This document shows positions 1 through 9,238 of a DNA stretch of 64,000 bases, piece by piece (within the stretch, counting starts at the first letter, position 1; the number at the start of each line of letters is the position of its first letter). Under the pieces are notes generated by a model. That model saw nothing but the letters and a program-made list of their open reading frames with translations, was not told the origin of the DNA and did no database searches. The stretch comes from a bacterium (GTDB lineage: Bacteria; Patescibacteriota; Minisyncoccia; Phycocordibacterales; UBA9973). The position numbers were made by a program, and so were the translations under genes. The stretch covers positions 10,257 to 74,256 of the forward strand of contig JAKAKW010000006.1 of NCBI GenBank assembly GCA_021824345.1, in the 5' to 3' direction.

Positions 1-2
1 AG

Positions 3-1580
3 TATGTCACTCCTTCTTCGGACATATATGAGCGCGGCACCATTTATTTCACTCAAAAAGACGGAGGACTGGTCACTGCGGCCGTACAGGCGTCGGGATA
101 CAAAATCGCCATCGCCCCGAACAAGCTGAAGGATCCGGAAACGGCATATCAAAAAATTTCACAGATTGTTTCCATCGACAAGGCATCTTTTTTGGACAAA
201 GCCGGAAAGAAAAACGATCCGTATGAAGAGGTTGCCGATCGCTTGACCAGGGAACAAGCAGACGCTGTTTCCGCCCTGGACCTTTCCGGTGTTTCAATAT
301 ACAAGGAAAAGTGGCGCTTCTATCCGGGCAAGGATCTCGCTTCGCACGCTCTGGGCTTTGTGGGATACATTGGAAACGCTCTTGCCGGACGGTACGGGCT
401 TGAAAGGCAGTATGAAAACGTTCTATCTCGGGGGCAGAATAATCCCTATGTCAATTTTTTTGCTGAAGTGTTTTCCGATATAAACAAGACTCTGCTGGGG
501 AAGGGAAACATGCAGGGAGACGTGGTGACCTCCATCGAGCCGGAGGTGCAGGGGTTTCTGGAAAACACTCTCTCCGGCGTGAAAGATAAATACAACGCCA
601 ATTCGGTCGGCGGAATAATCATGAACCCGGAAGACGGATCGATTTATGCCATGGCCGCCAGGCCGGATTTTGATCCAAACAACTTTTCGGACGCGAAAAG
701 CAACAGCGTCTTTTCCGATCCGCTTGTGGAAAGCGTCTTTGAATTCGGTTCAGTGGTGAAGCCCTTGGTCATGGCTGCCGCCCTGGATAAGGGCGTAGTA
801 ACTCCCGAAACTACATATTACGATCCCGGCCACGTTACAGTGGACAGCAAAGTAATTTACAATTTCGACAAAAAAGGCAGGGGCACGGCCAGCATGCAGG
901 AGGTGCTTACCCAGTCCTTGAACACCGGCATGGTGTACGTGGCCGGCAAGCTCGGGCATCAAAACATGCGGGACTATCTTTTGGGATACGACATAGATAA
1001 AAAAACCGGCATTGATCTTCCGAACGAAACAAGCGGTCTCGTTTCCAACTTGAACAGTCCGCGCGATTTGGAATATGCAAACGCCGCCTTCGGACAGGGA
1101 ATCGCTTTTACTCCGGTGGAGCTGGTGCGGGCGCTGTCTTCGCTCATAAACGGGGGAAAGCTGGTGGTTCCGCATCTGGCCAGCGAGATCAAATATGACG
1201 ACGGGCTGACAAAAACAATTGCCTATTCCTCCGGACAGGCGAAGATAAGCAAAGCGACGTCCGAAGAGATAGCCGGAATGATGGTAAAAGTAATGGACCA
1301 GGGGGTGAACAAAAACGATCCCGCCGGCTTGTCGCATTACAGCATAGGGGTAAAGACCGGCACCGCCCAAGTTCCGGATCCTTCAACCGGAGGATATTAT
1401 CCGGACCGGTATATGCATTCTTTCGTCGGATTTTTCCCTGCTTACGATCCGAAATTCATAATCTTTTTATACGCTCGGGATCCGAAAGGGGTGCAATATT
1501 CCGCCGAAACTTGGACTCAGCCGTTTGAAAGCATTGCTAAGTTTCTGATAAACTATTACCAAGTTCCTCCGGACAGGTAA
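3..1580 (+). CDS. ftsI: Class B penicillin-binding protein (FtsI/PBP2-like transpeptidase), 5'-partial
   Basis: Frame is open from position 3. Transpeptidase motifs SxxK (GSVVKP), SxN (SLN) and KTG (VKTGTAQ); lies directly upstream of murF. Confidence 0.85.
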   Translation, partial: YVTPSSDIYERGTIYFTQKDGGLVTAAVQASGYKIAIAPNKLKDPETAYQKISQIVSIDKASFLDKAGKKNDPYEEVADRLTREQADAVSALDLSGVSIYKEKWRFYPGKDLASHALGFVGYIGNALAGRYGLERQYENVLSRGQNNPYVNFFAEVFSDINKTLLGKGNMQGDVVTSIEPEVQGFLENTLSGVKDKYNANSVGGIIMNPEDGSIYAMAARPDFDPNNFSDAKSNSVFSDPLVESVFEFGSVVKPLVMAAALDKGVVTPETTYYDPGHVTVDSKVIYNFDKKGRGTASMQEVLTQSLNTGMVYVAGKLGHQNMRDYLLGYDIDKKTGIDLPNETSGLVSNLNSPRDLEYANAAFGQGIAFTPVELVRALSSLINGGKLVVPHLASEIKYDDGLTKTIAYSSGQAKISKATSEEIAGMMVKVMDQGVNKNDPAGLSHYSIGVKTGTAQVPDPSTGGYYPDRYMHSFVGFFPAYDPKFIIFLYARDPKGVQYSAETWTQPFESIAKFLINYYQVPPDR

Positions 1581-1586
1581 AAAAAA

Positions 1587-2909
1587 ATGAAAGAAATTTT
1601 CAAACATATAATAATGTACATCCTGCAAGCCGAATCAAGGCTGGTTCTTTGGAGGTACAAGCCCAAGGTGGTGGCCATTACCGGCAGCGTGGGCAAGACT
1701 TCCACCAAAGACGCCGTATACTCGGCTCTGTCCGGCATGACCCATGTGCGCAAGAGCGAAAAGAGCTACAACAGCGAATTCGGCCTTCCGCTTACCATTC
1801 TCGGCATGCCGACCGGCTGGAGCAATCCGTTCCTATGGATTGCGAACGTTGCCAAAGGATTGTGGCTTTTCCTCTGGCCGCATCGCTACCCAAAATGGCT
1901 GGTGCTTGAGGCGGGAGTAGGCAAGCCGGGAGACATGAAGCGCACCGCGGGCTGGATCAAGACCGACGCGGTGATCGTCACCGCCATAGGGGAAACGCCG
2001 GTGCACATAGAATTTTTTGAATCCCGCAAACACCTCATTGAAGAGAAGAGCGGGCTTATCAAAACCTTGAAGCCCGACGGAGTTTTGATTTTGAACGCGG
2101 ACGACGAAGCGGTGCTTTCCATGAAAGAAAAAACGAAATGCCGGGTGAAAACTTACGGCTTCGGAGACAAAGCGGAACTCAAAGGTTCCGGCGAAAATAT
2201 TTATTACGACGAAAGCGGAGTGCCCCGCGGAACTCTTTTCCGGGTGGATGAAGAGGGCACCAGTCTTCCGGTGGTAATAGAGGGCGTGTTCGGCAGTAAT
2301 CATGTTTATGCCGCCATGGCCACGCTTGCCCTGGCCAGCGCGCTCGGTTTGAATATGATTGAAACGGCGGACGCTCTCAAGAAATATGATCTTCCTCCGG
2401 GCCGGATGCGGCTCCTCCGAGGGATAAACGGATCGCTTATCATAGACGATACCTACAACTCTTCTCCCTTCGCCTGCAAGGCGTCTCTTGAAACTCTCGG
2501 GCAAGTAAAGACGTCCGGCAGGAGAATCGCGGTTCTCGGGGACATGCTGGAGCTCGGCAAGCATACGGAAGACGAGCACAGAAAAATAGGGGAGATCGCC
2601 CGGGAAAATGCAAATGTTCTTCTTGTGGTGGGACAGAGGGCGGAGAAAATAAAGGAAGGGGCGCTTTCGGCCGGCATGCAGGCGGGGGCAATTGAGCAGT
2701 TTCCGAATTCATACTCCGCCGGAGATTTTTTGAAGACTTTTGTCCAGCCCGGAGACCTGGTTTTGATCAAGGGTTCCCAGGGCATGCGCATGGAGAGGGC
2801 AGTGGCCGCCATTTTGGATGAAAGTACAGGCAGTGACGGCAACGGAGGAAAACAGGACAGAAAAAAACTCCTCGTCCGGCAGGACAAGGAGTGGTTGAGG
2901 AAGAAGTAG
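1587..2909 (+). CDS. murF: UDP-MurNAc-tripeptide:D-Ala-D-Ala ligase
   Basis: ITGSVGKTSTK P-loop, DDTYNSSP, LGDMLELG and KGSQGMRME motifs. Confidence 0.93.
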   Translation: MKEIFKHIIMYILQAESRLVLWRYKPKVVAITGSVGKTSTKDAVYSALSGMTHVRKSEKSYNSEFGLPLTILGMPTGWSNPFLWIANVAKGLWLFLWPHRYPKWLVLEAGVGKPGDMKRTAGWIKTDAVIVTAIGETPVHIEFFESRKHLIEEKSGLIKTLKPDGVLILNADDEAVLSMKEKTKCRVKTYGFGDKAELKGSGENIYYDESGVPRGTLFRVDEEGTSLPVVIEGVFGSNHVYAAMATLALASALGLNMIETADALKKYDLPPGRMRLLRGINGSLIIDDTYNSSPFACKASLETLGQVKTSGRRIAVLGDMLELGKHTEDEHRKIGEIARENANVLLVVGQRAEKIKEGALSAGMQAGAIEQFPNSYSAGDFLKTFVQPGDLVLIKGSQGMRMERAVAAILDESTGSDGNGGKQDRKKLLVRQDKEWLRKK

Positions 2910-2975
2910 AAAAGGAGAGTAGAAGGTAAAATAAAAAGCGCAGAGGTATCAAGGGATACTTGCGCCGGCATTTGC

Positions 2976-3122
2976 CTAAAGTTTATCAAATTTGTGCAAT
3001 ATCTTTCCTAGGAGATATGAATTTCTCCTGTAAAAAAATTTACGCATCGCAAAGGTGAATAAAAGTATCAAGGATAAACCGATCATTAAAAACAATATGA
3101 GCCCAATGTCTCCAGTCTCCAT
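2976..3122 (-). CDS. Small single-TM membrane protein (48 aa), not in the ORF track
   Basis: METGDIGLILFLMIGLSLILLFTFAMRKFFYRR...: hydrophobic stretch followed by basic residues, with a purine-rich RBS and a consensus promoter upstream. Confidence 0.55.
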   Translation of the reverse strand: METGDIGLILFLMIGLSLILLFTFAMRKFFYRRNSYLLGKILHKFDKL

Positions 3123-3156
3123 GACTTTTTCCTTTCCTGTTTATATATTTCTTATC

Positions 3157-3184
3157 ATTATACACAAGTCTTGTATTTTGTCAA
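3157..3184 (-). promoter_or_regulatory. Consensus sigma70 promoter TTGACA-N16-TATAAT
   Basis: Minus strand reads TTGACAaaatacaagacttgtgTATAAT and points to the 48-aa ORF. Confidence 0.65.
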
Positions 3185-3222
3185 GTATTTTCGCTGTTTA
3201 AAAGTAAGCATATAATATCCGT

Positions 3223-3759
3223 ATGACTGAAGAATTTAAATTGCCGTACAAGAGGCCGGAAGAAAAGGATTTGGGCGCTCATGAAATAAAGTGGACATAT
3301 AATAAAAAAGCAAAGGCTGTTTTTTATCTGCGCGATCTTTCGGAAAAAAAGCTTGAGGAAATATATAAGGAATATGCCGATAGCCCCGAGATGAACAAAG
3401 CAATTGATGATTTGCTTGCCATCTGGGAAAAGAATGACGTCTATAAAGAAACTTTGCCGTTGGAGATCGTGAATTTTATGGTAGACCCGCTGTATGAAGA
3501 AGATTACATATCAGCATCGGACAAGTCTGCACTGGAAGCGGCGCTTATAAGACTGCGTAATGCCGAGGAAAGCATAAAAGAATTGCAAAACGGGATATTT
3601 AAAGAAAGGAATTGGTTTGAAACAAAGAATAGAGGAGGTATGTATAACAGAGTTATTGTTTACCTGAAGGCGCAAATCGCCGAAGGGGATATGTATTTAG
3701 TGAGAATAGGCGATATTACTAACAAGATGAAAAGAAGGATCAAAGAATTATCGAAGTAA
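3223..3759 (+). CDS. Hypothetical helical protein
   Basis: 178-aa ORF with TATAAT 6 nt upstream of ATG; no recognised motif. Confidence 0.7.
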   Translation: MTEEFKLPYKRPEEKDLGAHEIKWTYNKKAKAVFYLRDLSEKKLEEIYKEYADSPEMNKAIDDLLAIWEKNDVYKETLPLEIVNFMVDPLYEEDYISASDKSALEAALIRLRNAEESIKELQNGIFKERNWFETKNRGGMYNRVIVYLKAQIAEGDMYLVRIGDITNKMKRRIKELSK

Positions 3760-3776
3760 TTCCTTTACAATTTATT

Positions 3777-3787
3777 TGGTGACCTTA
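3777..3787 (-). repeat. att junction: displaced tRNA-Glu 3' end including CCA
   Basis: Minus strand TAAGGTCACCA matches the tRNA-Glu 3' end (TAAGGTCA) plus CCA. Confidence 0.8.
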
Positions 3788-3988
3788 ATGTTACCTAACT
3801 TAAAACTCTATGTAAATACATTCAGAGAATTGGACAAGATTATCTCCAATTTTGAAAAACCTTTAGTTCTCAACACCTTGCACGCTGATGCTCTTCAGAG
3901 ATCTATCCCTTAATGGTATTTAAATACTTCGTTGTTGTATAAACACTGCTATATACTTGTTGAGTAAACTAATGTATAATGAATCCAT

Positions 3989-4246
3989 ATGGGGCAAAAA
4001 ATTGATAAGAAAAAATTAATTGAATATTTGCAAACTAAGTGGAAAAGTCCTTGCCCTCTCTGTGGTGTGGGAAATTGGAATGTCTCTGATGGTGTTTTTG
4101 AATTAAGAGAATTTAATGAAGGCAATATGATTATTGGCGGAACTCCTATTGTTCCAGTGATTCCAATAACGTGCGGTAATTGTGGAAATACTGTATTAAT
4201 AAATGCTATTACAGCAAGATTTATCGGAACAGACAGCAATAAATGA
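3989..4246 (+). CDS. Small zinc-ribbon protein
   Basis: CPLC...CGNC pairs; stop overlaps the next start (ATGA). Confidence 0.8.
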   Translation: MGQKIDKKKLIEYLQTKWKSPCPLCGVGNWNVSDGVFELREFNEGNMIIGGTPIVPVIPITCGNCGNTVLINAITARFIGTDSNK

Positions 4247-4836
4247 ATGGCAATGATATAAAATATTCCCAAGATTTTGAACTTCTCATGCCTCAAAAAC
4301 AGAAGTCCTATCCAATACCTGTTAATGAATGGTCTGTCTTAAAAAGAAAAATAAATAATATTTCAGAAAATGCAAATTTCTGGCATACATCCGGATCAAT
4401 ATTGATTGGTGTTGCAATCCCATCGTTTATCACTGCACTAACAGGATTCAATGAGTTAATATACTGGGGTGCCTTTGCCGTAACTGCTATTGCAGGAGGA
4501 CTTTGTTTTTATTTTGGCGTTGAACAACGCAACGTCCAAAATGAAAAAAAGGAAGATGTTATTGAATATATGGGGGTTATTGAGGAGAGATTCCGTATAA
4601 ATAATGCTTTATTTATAAACTCTGCTATGTATGGTATTGATGATAAATATATTGATATTACTTCCTCATTAAATTCCCATGTAGCTGATAGCAAGTTGTC
4701 AGTTAAAATATGCAATGAACTAGCTGGTGATGACCCTTATCCAGGAAAACAGAAGGAGTTAAAAATTGAATATACATTAGAAGGATTAAGACAGTCCACT
4801 ACTCTCAGCGAAGGCAGTATCCTTAATTTAGGATAA
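4243..4836 (+). CDS. 2TM membrane protein with C-terminal SUEL/DUF3395-like lectin-type beta domain
   Basis: Two hydrophobic helices, then the pattern SAMYG...DITSSL...GDDPYPGKQKELKIEY. Confidence 0.7.
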   Translation: MNGNDIKYSQDFELLMPQKQKSYPIPVNEWSVLKRKINNISENANFWHTSGSILIGVAIPSFITALTGFNELIYWGAFAVTAIAGGLCFYFGVEQRNVQNEKKEDVIEYMGVIEERFRINNALFINSAMYGIDDKYIDITSSLNSHVADSKLSVKICNELAGDDPYPGKQKELKIEYTLEGLRQSTTLSEGSILNLG

Positions 4837-4919
4837 TATCTTCTTTTTTCCAAAAGATATATTGTAATATTTAATTTCTTTCTGTAGACATTCTGTATTA
4901 GATGTTGTAGTATTACAGA

Positions 4920-5570
4920 ATGTCAATAAATAGAGAAGAACTTACTTCCACGTTTTTAAAGATGAGAGATTTGTTTGTTGCTGACCCAACTAATGCCGTA
5001 AGAAGTAAATCTTTCATTACTGCATTTCAAGACTATTGTGAATACGAATTGAGGGCTAGAAATCTAGAAGTAAATGGGTTTCATATAGAAAAGGAATGGA
5101 AAATTGAGGTTGAAAGGGGGAGAGTAGAAGCAGATGTAGGCATCTTTGATAAAGATAATCAACCTGTCTTAATAGTTGATGTCAGAAGCCAAATGAGTTC
5201 TCTTGGAAAGAATTTTAATAACTATATAAGAATGAAAGCAGGAGAAGTTGAGAGTGTGCATAAAAAATACCCCAATTGTGTTGATGGTCTAGTATACATT
5301 CATCAAGCCGGAGATTTAAAAACAAATGGTAACATAAATCCTGTTGGCGTATTTAATTATAGTAATGCTGTAAAACAATTAGGTCTATTGTCGGGGCGTA
5401 AAGATGCCAATGGTCCTGCAAGCCTTTTTGAACAAGTTGCATATTGTATTATAGATTTCAACAGTCCTGCGCCTAAACTGTCCGACATCCATGATGTTCT
5501 TGATCTTCAGTTAGAGAATTTTTTTGATAATCTAGCGGACACACTCAAAGAACGCACAAACATAGATTAA
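4920..5570 (+). CDS. Putative type II restriction endonuclease (PD-(D/E)xK fold, XhoI/PaeR7I-like motif)
   Basis: ADVGI...VDVRSQMSSLGKNFNNY resembles ExKSQ..S.G.NFNN; convergent with a DNA methyltransferase. Confidence 0.7.
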   Translation: MSINREELTSTFLKMRDLFVADPTNAVRSKSFITAFQDYCEYELRARNLEVNGFHIEKEWKIEVERGRVEADVGIFDKDNQPVLIVDVRSQMSSLGKNFNNYIRMKAGEVESVHKKYPNCVDGLVYIHQAGDLKTNGNINPVGVFNYSNAVKQLGLLSGRKDANGPASLFEQVAYCIIDFNSPAPKLSDIHDVLDLQLENFFDNLADTLKERTNID

Positions 5571-7390
5571 TTTACCAATTGGTATTTCTCAGATAAGAAC
5601 TTGTTGATTTCGTTCTTTTCTCCTAATGCAAGAAGCTTTCTTTTTTCTTCTAATGAGAAGCTTGGAATTGAAAAATTCTTTACATAGTTCTTTGCAAATG
5701 ATTTAAAGCCACCAGAGTAGTTTTTACTCGTCTTTTTAATGTAAAACCACATTAAGTCTGAATTTAAAACTTTTTCTAGTATTCGGAAATCCTCCTGTTT
5801 CTTAGGATAGATTGCATAACCACAGTAAAAAAGAGTTTCTTCTTCTTCAACTACAACAAAAGAAGGTCTGTTACCCATCATTGGCAATATAATTTTCTTA
5901 CCAAAACCATTTAAACCCTGTGTTCTTCCGTAAGCATACCAAGCTTCATACTTCTTTAACCCTTTATCTCTTAGGTCAAGTTCATTTTTTATAGCACACA
6001 AATAATCGTAGGTTTTTGGAAACCTTGATTTTATGTGTGATTCAGGAAGTATTTTTGCTCTACCCTTGTTCCCATATTCATAAGGATATATTATTCTTTC
6101 CTTGTTATTTTTAAGAGTTTCTAAATCCTTAACCTTATTTGGTTTAATTATCTTTTTTGTGAAATCTCGTTCTATTTGATACGTTTTTCCATTATATTCT
6201 TTTAAGAGGTACTTGTTATCATTGTTATCATTTACTAGAAACAAATCATTATTTAAAGTGGCTAATCCGGTTATAAATTTGTCTACATATTTAAATAATG
6301 GTGAACCAGAATTTTCAATTCTGAATATATTTTCAGCATCTTTTTTTGATAAAAATCTCCATTCTTTTTTGCCCAAGAGAAAGTGGTTTAAATTATCAAA
6401 TTTAAGTTTGCTTAGTTCTTTTATTTTTTCTTTTTTATCAACTAAACTGAACTTAATTTCATCAGCTCCTTTTTTATTCAGTATTGTTATGCAAGTATAA
6501 GTTATTGCTCCTTCAAAAATTTGCCATCCATTAAAATCAACTATTTTCTCTAAATATTTGTTTTTGAATATAAATTCACGTACAAGCTGTGCATTAGAGG
6601 ATGTTAAATAAGTGTTTGGAGTTATGAAACCTATTATCCCTGCACTGTGTGTAATATCTACTGCCAATTCAAAAAAGGGAATATACAAATCTACGTTTCC
6701 AAAATTTGCAGTTTCCCATTTTTTAATATTCTGCCTAACACTAAATCTTAAATTTTTTGTTCTAACGTATGGCGGGTTTCCAATAATATAATTGAAACCA
6801 GAAAAAGATGGAATGTGTTTCTTCCAATTGAAATCTAAACTATCGCCTTCAAATATATTGAATTCAAAATCATTATCTTCTCCGCTTGTAATAGCTAACA
6901 AGGATAAAATTATTTTTGTCCTTAAAACACTATTAGGTAAAATATCTACTCCATATATATATTTTTTAAATATTTCTTTAAATGAAAGGTTAAATTTTTT
7001 ATTTAAAAATTTTGATGCCTCAATCAAGAAAGCTCCGCTGCCACATGCAGGATCACATACTGTGCCCAGATCCCTAACGGTTTCTTGAACAATATATGAG
7101 ACCACTCCCGTTGGGGTATAATATGAACCGTTAACCTTTCTATCTTCCTCATTAACATTTAATTCATATAAACCTTCCAATAATTCAATATCAGGAACAA
7201 TTAATCTAGAATCAAACCAGAAGGTAATTCCTTGATTAATATTTCGTTCAATAATTGATTTAATTAGTTTGTTTTTTACTGCCTTTATTCCAGCTTTTTT
7301 AAGAACATTACTTATCACAAAAGTCTCTACATCCTGGAAAGAGTAGCAGGACAATTCTTTACTGATTTTTATAATGGGATAGTCCATCAT
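5567..7390 (-). CDS. N6-adenine DNA methyltransferase, gamma class (Eco57I/TaqI-like)
   Basis: GSYYTP, DPACGSGAFL (motif I), IIGNPPY (motif IV) and a C-terminal target recognition domain. Confidence 0.93.
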   Translation of the reverse strand: MMDYPIIKISKELSCYSFQDVETFVISNVLKKAGIKAVKNKLIKSIIERNINQGITFWFDSRLIVPDIELLEGLYELNVNEEDRKVNGSYYTPTGVVSYIVQETVRDLGTVCDPACGSGAFLIEASKFLNKKFNLSFKEIFKKYIYGVDILPNSVLRTKIILSLLAITSGEDNDFEFNIFEGDSLDFNWKKHIPSFSGFNYIIGNPPYVRTKNLRFSVRQNIKKWETANFGNVDLYIPFFELAVDITHSAGIIGFITPNTYLTSSNAQLVREFIFKNKYLEKIVDFNGWQIFEGAITYTCITILNKKGADEIKFSLVDKKEKIKELSKLKFDNLNHFLLGKKEWRFLSKKDAENIFRIENSGSPLFKYVDKFITGLATLNNDLFLVNDNNDNKYLLKEYNGKTYQIERDFTKKIIKPNKVKDLETLKNNKERIIYPYEYGNKGRAKILPESHIKSRFPKTYDYLCAIKNELDLRDKGLKKYEAWYAYGRTQGLNGFGKKIILPMMGNRPSFVVVEEEETLFYCGYAIYPKKQEDFRILEKVLNSDLMWFYIKKTSKNYSGGFKSFAKNYVKNFSIPSFSLEEKRKLLALGEKNEINKFLSEKYQLVN

Positions 7391-7707
7391 ACAGTTAATT
7401 ATAACTTACTTTTCCTAAAATAGTTAACATATTTATATCCTTATTTCTCAACATAATCTGTTTGTTTTTTATAAAGGTATTTTTATATTTAATATAGTTT
7501 TGTTAAGAAATAGCGAACATTCACAATATCTATTAAAAATATGTTGGAAAATAAAGATACTAATAAATAAATGGGCAATTATCATTGTTTTTGGTTTTTG
7601 GGTTAAAAACCAACTTTTCATCAACTTTGTTTATAAGTTTAAACAAAGTTTTTTCTGTGGGCATAAATTTATGGTTTTTTGGTATAAACCATCTTTTCAC
7701 AGAATTC

Positions 7708-7827
7708 CTAGAACCATTTTATACCTACCTTAAAGGCAATGCTTATTACTAAAATTAAAATGGTTACTAAAAGAATCACAATCCAGTTAAATGCGTTTTT
7801 GAATGATTTGTAGTCTTGGTCATCCAT
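7708..7827 (-). CDS. 39-aa single-TM peptide (type I toxin/kil-like)
   Basis: MDDQDYKSFKNAFNWIVILLVTILILVISIAFKVGIKWF; lies immediately downstream of the structured RNA. Confidence 0.45.
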   Translation of the reverse strand: MDDQDYKSFKNAFNWIVILLVTILILVISIAFKVGIKWF

Positions 7828-7857
7828 AATCTTGATTGATTTAGCTGACCAGAAACC

Positions 7858-7945
7858 AAAAAGCTCCTAGCCAGACATACAGGTTTCCCTGTAAGGCACG
7901 GTCAGTGCAAACTCTGACTAGGAGTTTTTTACCACTGACCGTGTC
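7858..7945 (-). ncRNA. Structured RNA, c4/CI antisense-like
   Basis: Closing stem 7864-7875/7913-7924, inner UACAGG-GAAA-CCUGUA hairpin, and an 11-nt loop complementary to 7933-7943. Confidence 0.5.
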
Positions 7946-8080
7946 TCACATTCACCATGCCTCTATTGCTAAAGGTTTAGGCTACTTTGTATTAAATTGT
8001 ATGTAGTGATTTTACCTCTTTTGCTTGTAAAAACAAAGTAGGTTATTTGTTTTCTTGATTATAGCGTGTAGAATAAGGAC

Positions 8081-8794
8081 ATGAAAGGGGTTAATGAAAC
8101 AAAGAAATATAACAATCTGATTGAATCAGGACTGGAACTATTATCAAAAGCCCAAAGCTATATAGATACTTTTGACCACAACAGAGTGTATGGTCCTTCT
8201 GATTTAGAAGAGGTGAGTTCGTCTTTTGACATAGTAGAGGAATATCATAATTGGGTGAAAAGCATAATTAAATTTTATAAGTCAGATGATGATAAAGATA
8301 AGATTCTTACCTCTTTCTTTAAGGAAGTAGATGGTGTTCCTACTTTGGACTGGCTAGAGGATAATCACTATATGGAAGGTGATCCAATGCCAGCTAGTAT
8401 TGCTACTTCAATTCTAACTGAGGGGAAGAAAAAGCTAGAATATATCAGAAAAATATATGGCACAGAAAATGTTGGTAATGATAAGAAAATAATTCTGCTG
8501 GTAAATAAGAAAACAAATGAAATTACAGTGAAGGATAAAAATCATTTAAAGCATTCCTTCCGCAGGACATATGGAATAAACAAACGTCTTGGATATTTAA
8601 TCAAGATATACAAAACTCCAAAGATTGGTGGGGCTGTTTTAGCAGGTACTCCTAAGTTACAAAACATTAGTAAAGAATTGAAGAAAATCAATGCTGACTT
8701 AATGGAAGATTTGGATTTGCAGGATAATGTGATTATGAATGATAACAACTCCGGCTACTACATAAACCCAAAATACATTTTTGAATTTACTTAA
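8081..8794 (+). CDS. Hypothetical protein, possible C-terminal winged-helix DNA-binding domain
   Basis: 237 aa; C-terminal helix plus NNSGYYIN wing-like ending. Confidence 0.65.
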   Translation: MKGVNETKKYNNLIESGLELLSKAQSYIDTFDHNRVYGPSDLEEVSSSFDIVEEYHNWVKSIIKFYKSDDDKDKILTSFFKEVDGVPTLDWLEDNHYMEGDPMPASIATSILTEGKKKLEYIRKIYGTENVGNDKKIILLVNKKTNEITVKDKNHLKHSFRRTYGINKRLGYLIKIYKTPKIGGAVLAGTPKLQNISKELKKINADLMEDLDLQDNVIMNDNNSGYYINPKYIFEFT

Positions 8795-8837
8795 ACAAGA
8801 TTTCTTAGTAAACCTTTTGTTGTTGTTAACCTAAACT

Positions 8838-8868
8838 AAACAAACCTTACCTACAAAGGTTTGTTTTC
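8838..8868 (+). terminator. Hairpin downstream of 8081-8794
   Basis: AAACAAACCTT...AAGGTTTGTTT inverted repeat. Confidence 0.45.
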
Positions 8869-8927
8869 ATTTTAACCCTACATAATTATAACTATTTTTG
8901 CGTACTTCTTTTTTCTAAAGTTAGGAT

Positions 8928-9128
8928 GTGAAGCCAGAAATAGAAAAAATAATTGAACTCTTGCAACAGATAGAACCAGAAGCAAGCAAGGAAGAATTAG
9001 AGGCAAAAGCCCAGAATATTTGGGAAATTGCCCTTTTCTTGGTTCAGCTGAAGCTTAGAGAGCACTCTAAACAGCCAAAACCAATGGATTTGAGGACTTT
9101 GCCAGAAAATAGGGGGAATTCACCTTAG
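8928..9128 (+). CDS. Small hypothetical protein upstream of the integrase
   Basis: 66-aa GTG-start ORF with AGGA RBS; charged helical sequence. Confidence 0.5.
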   Translation: MKPEIEKIIELLQQIEPEASKEELEAKAQNIWEIALFLVQLKLREHSKQPKPMDLRTLPENRGNSP

Positions 9129-9238
9129 TTATGGAAAGTCGTGCTTATAACAAATATTACAAGTTTTCGGATTCTAATTATTAGTAATGAGATTTTGAGA
9201 TTATAAAATTAAGAGGTTTACTTAAAGTAATAAGATAT

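Noticed and set aside
7500-7733. 77-aa + strand ORF in the island
   Set aside because: TTG start, no RBS and low-complexity AT-rich translation; the minus-strand signals are better supported.
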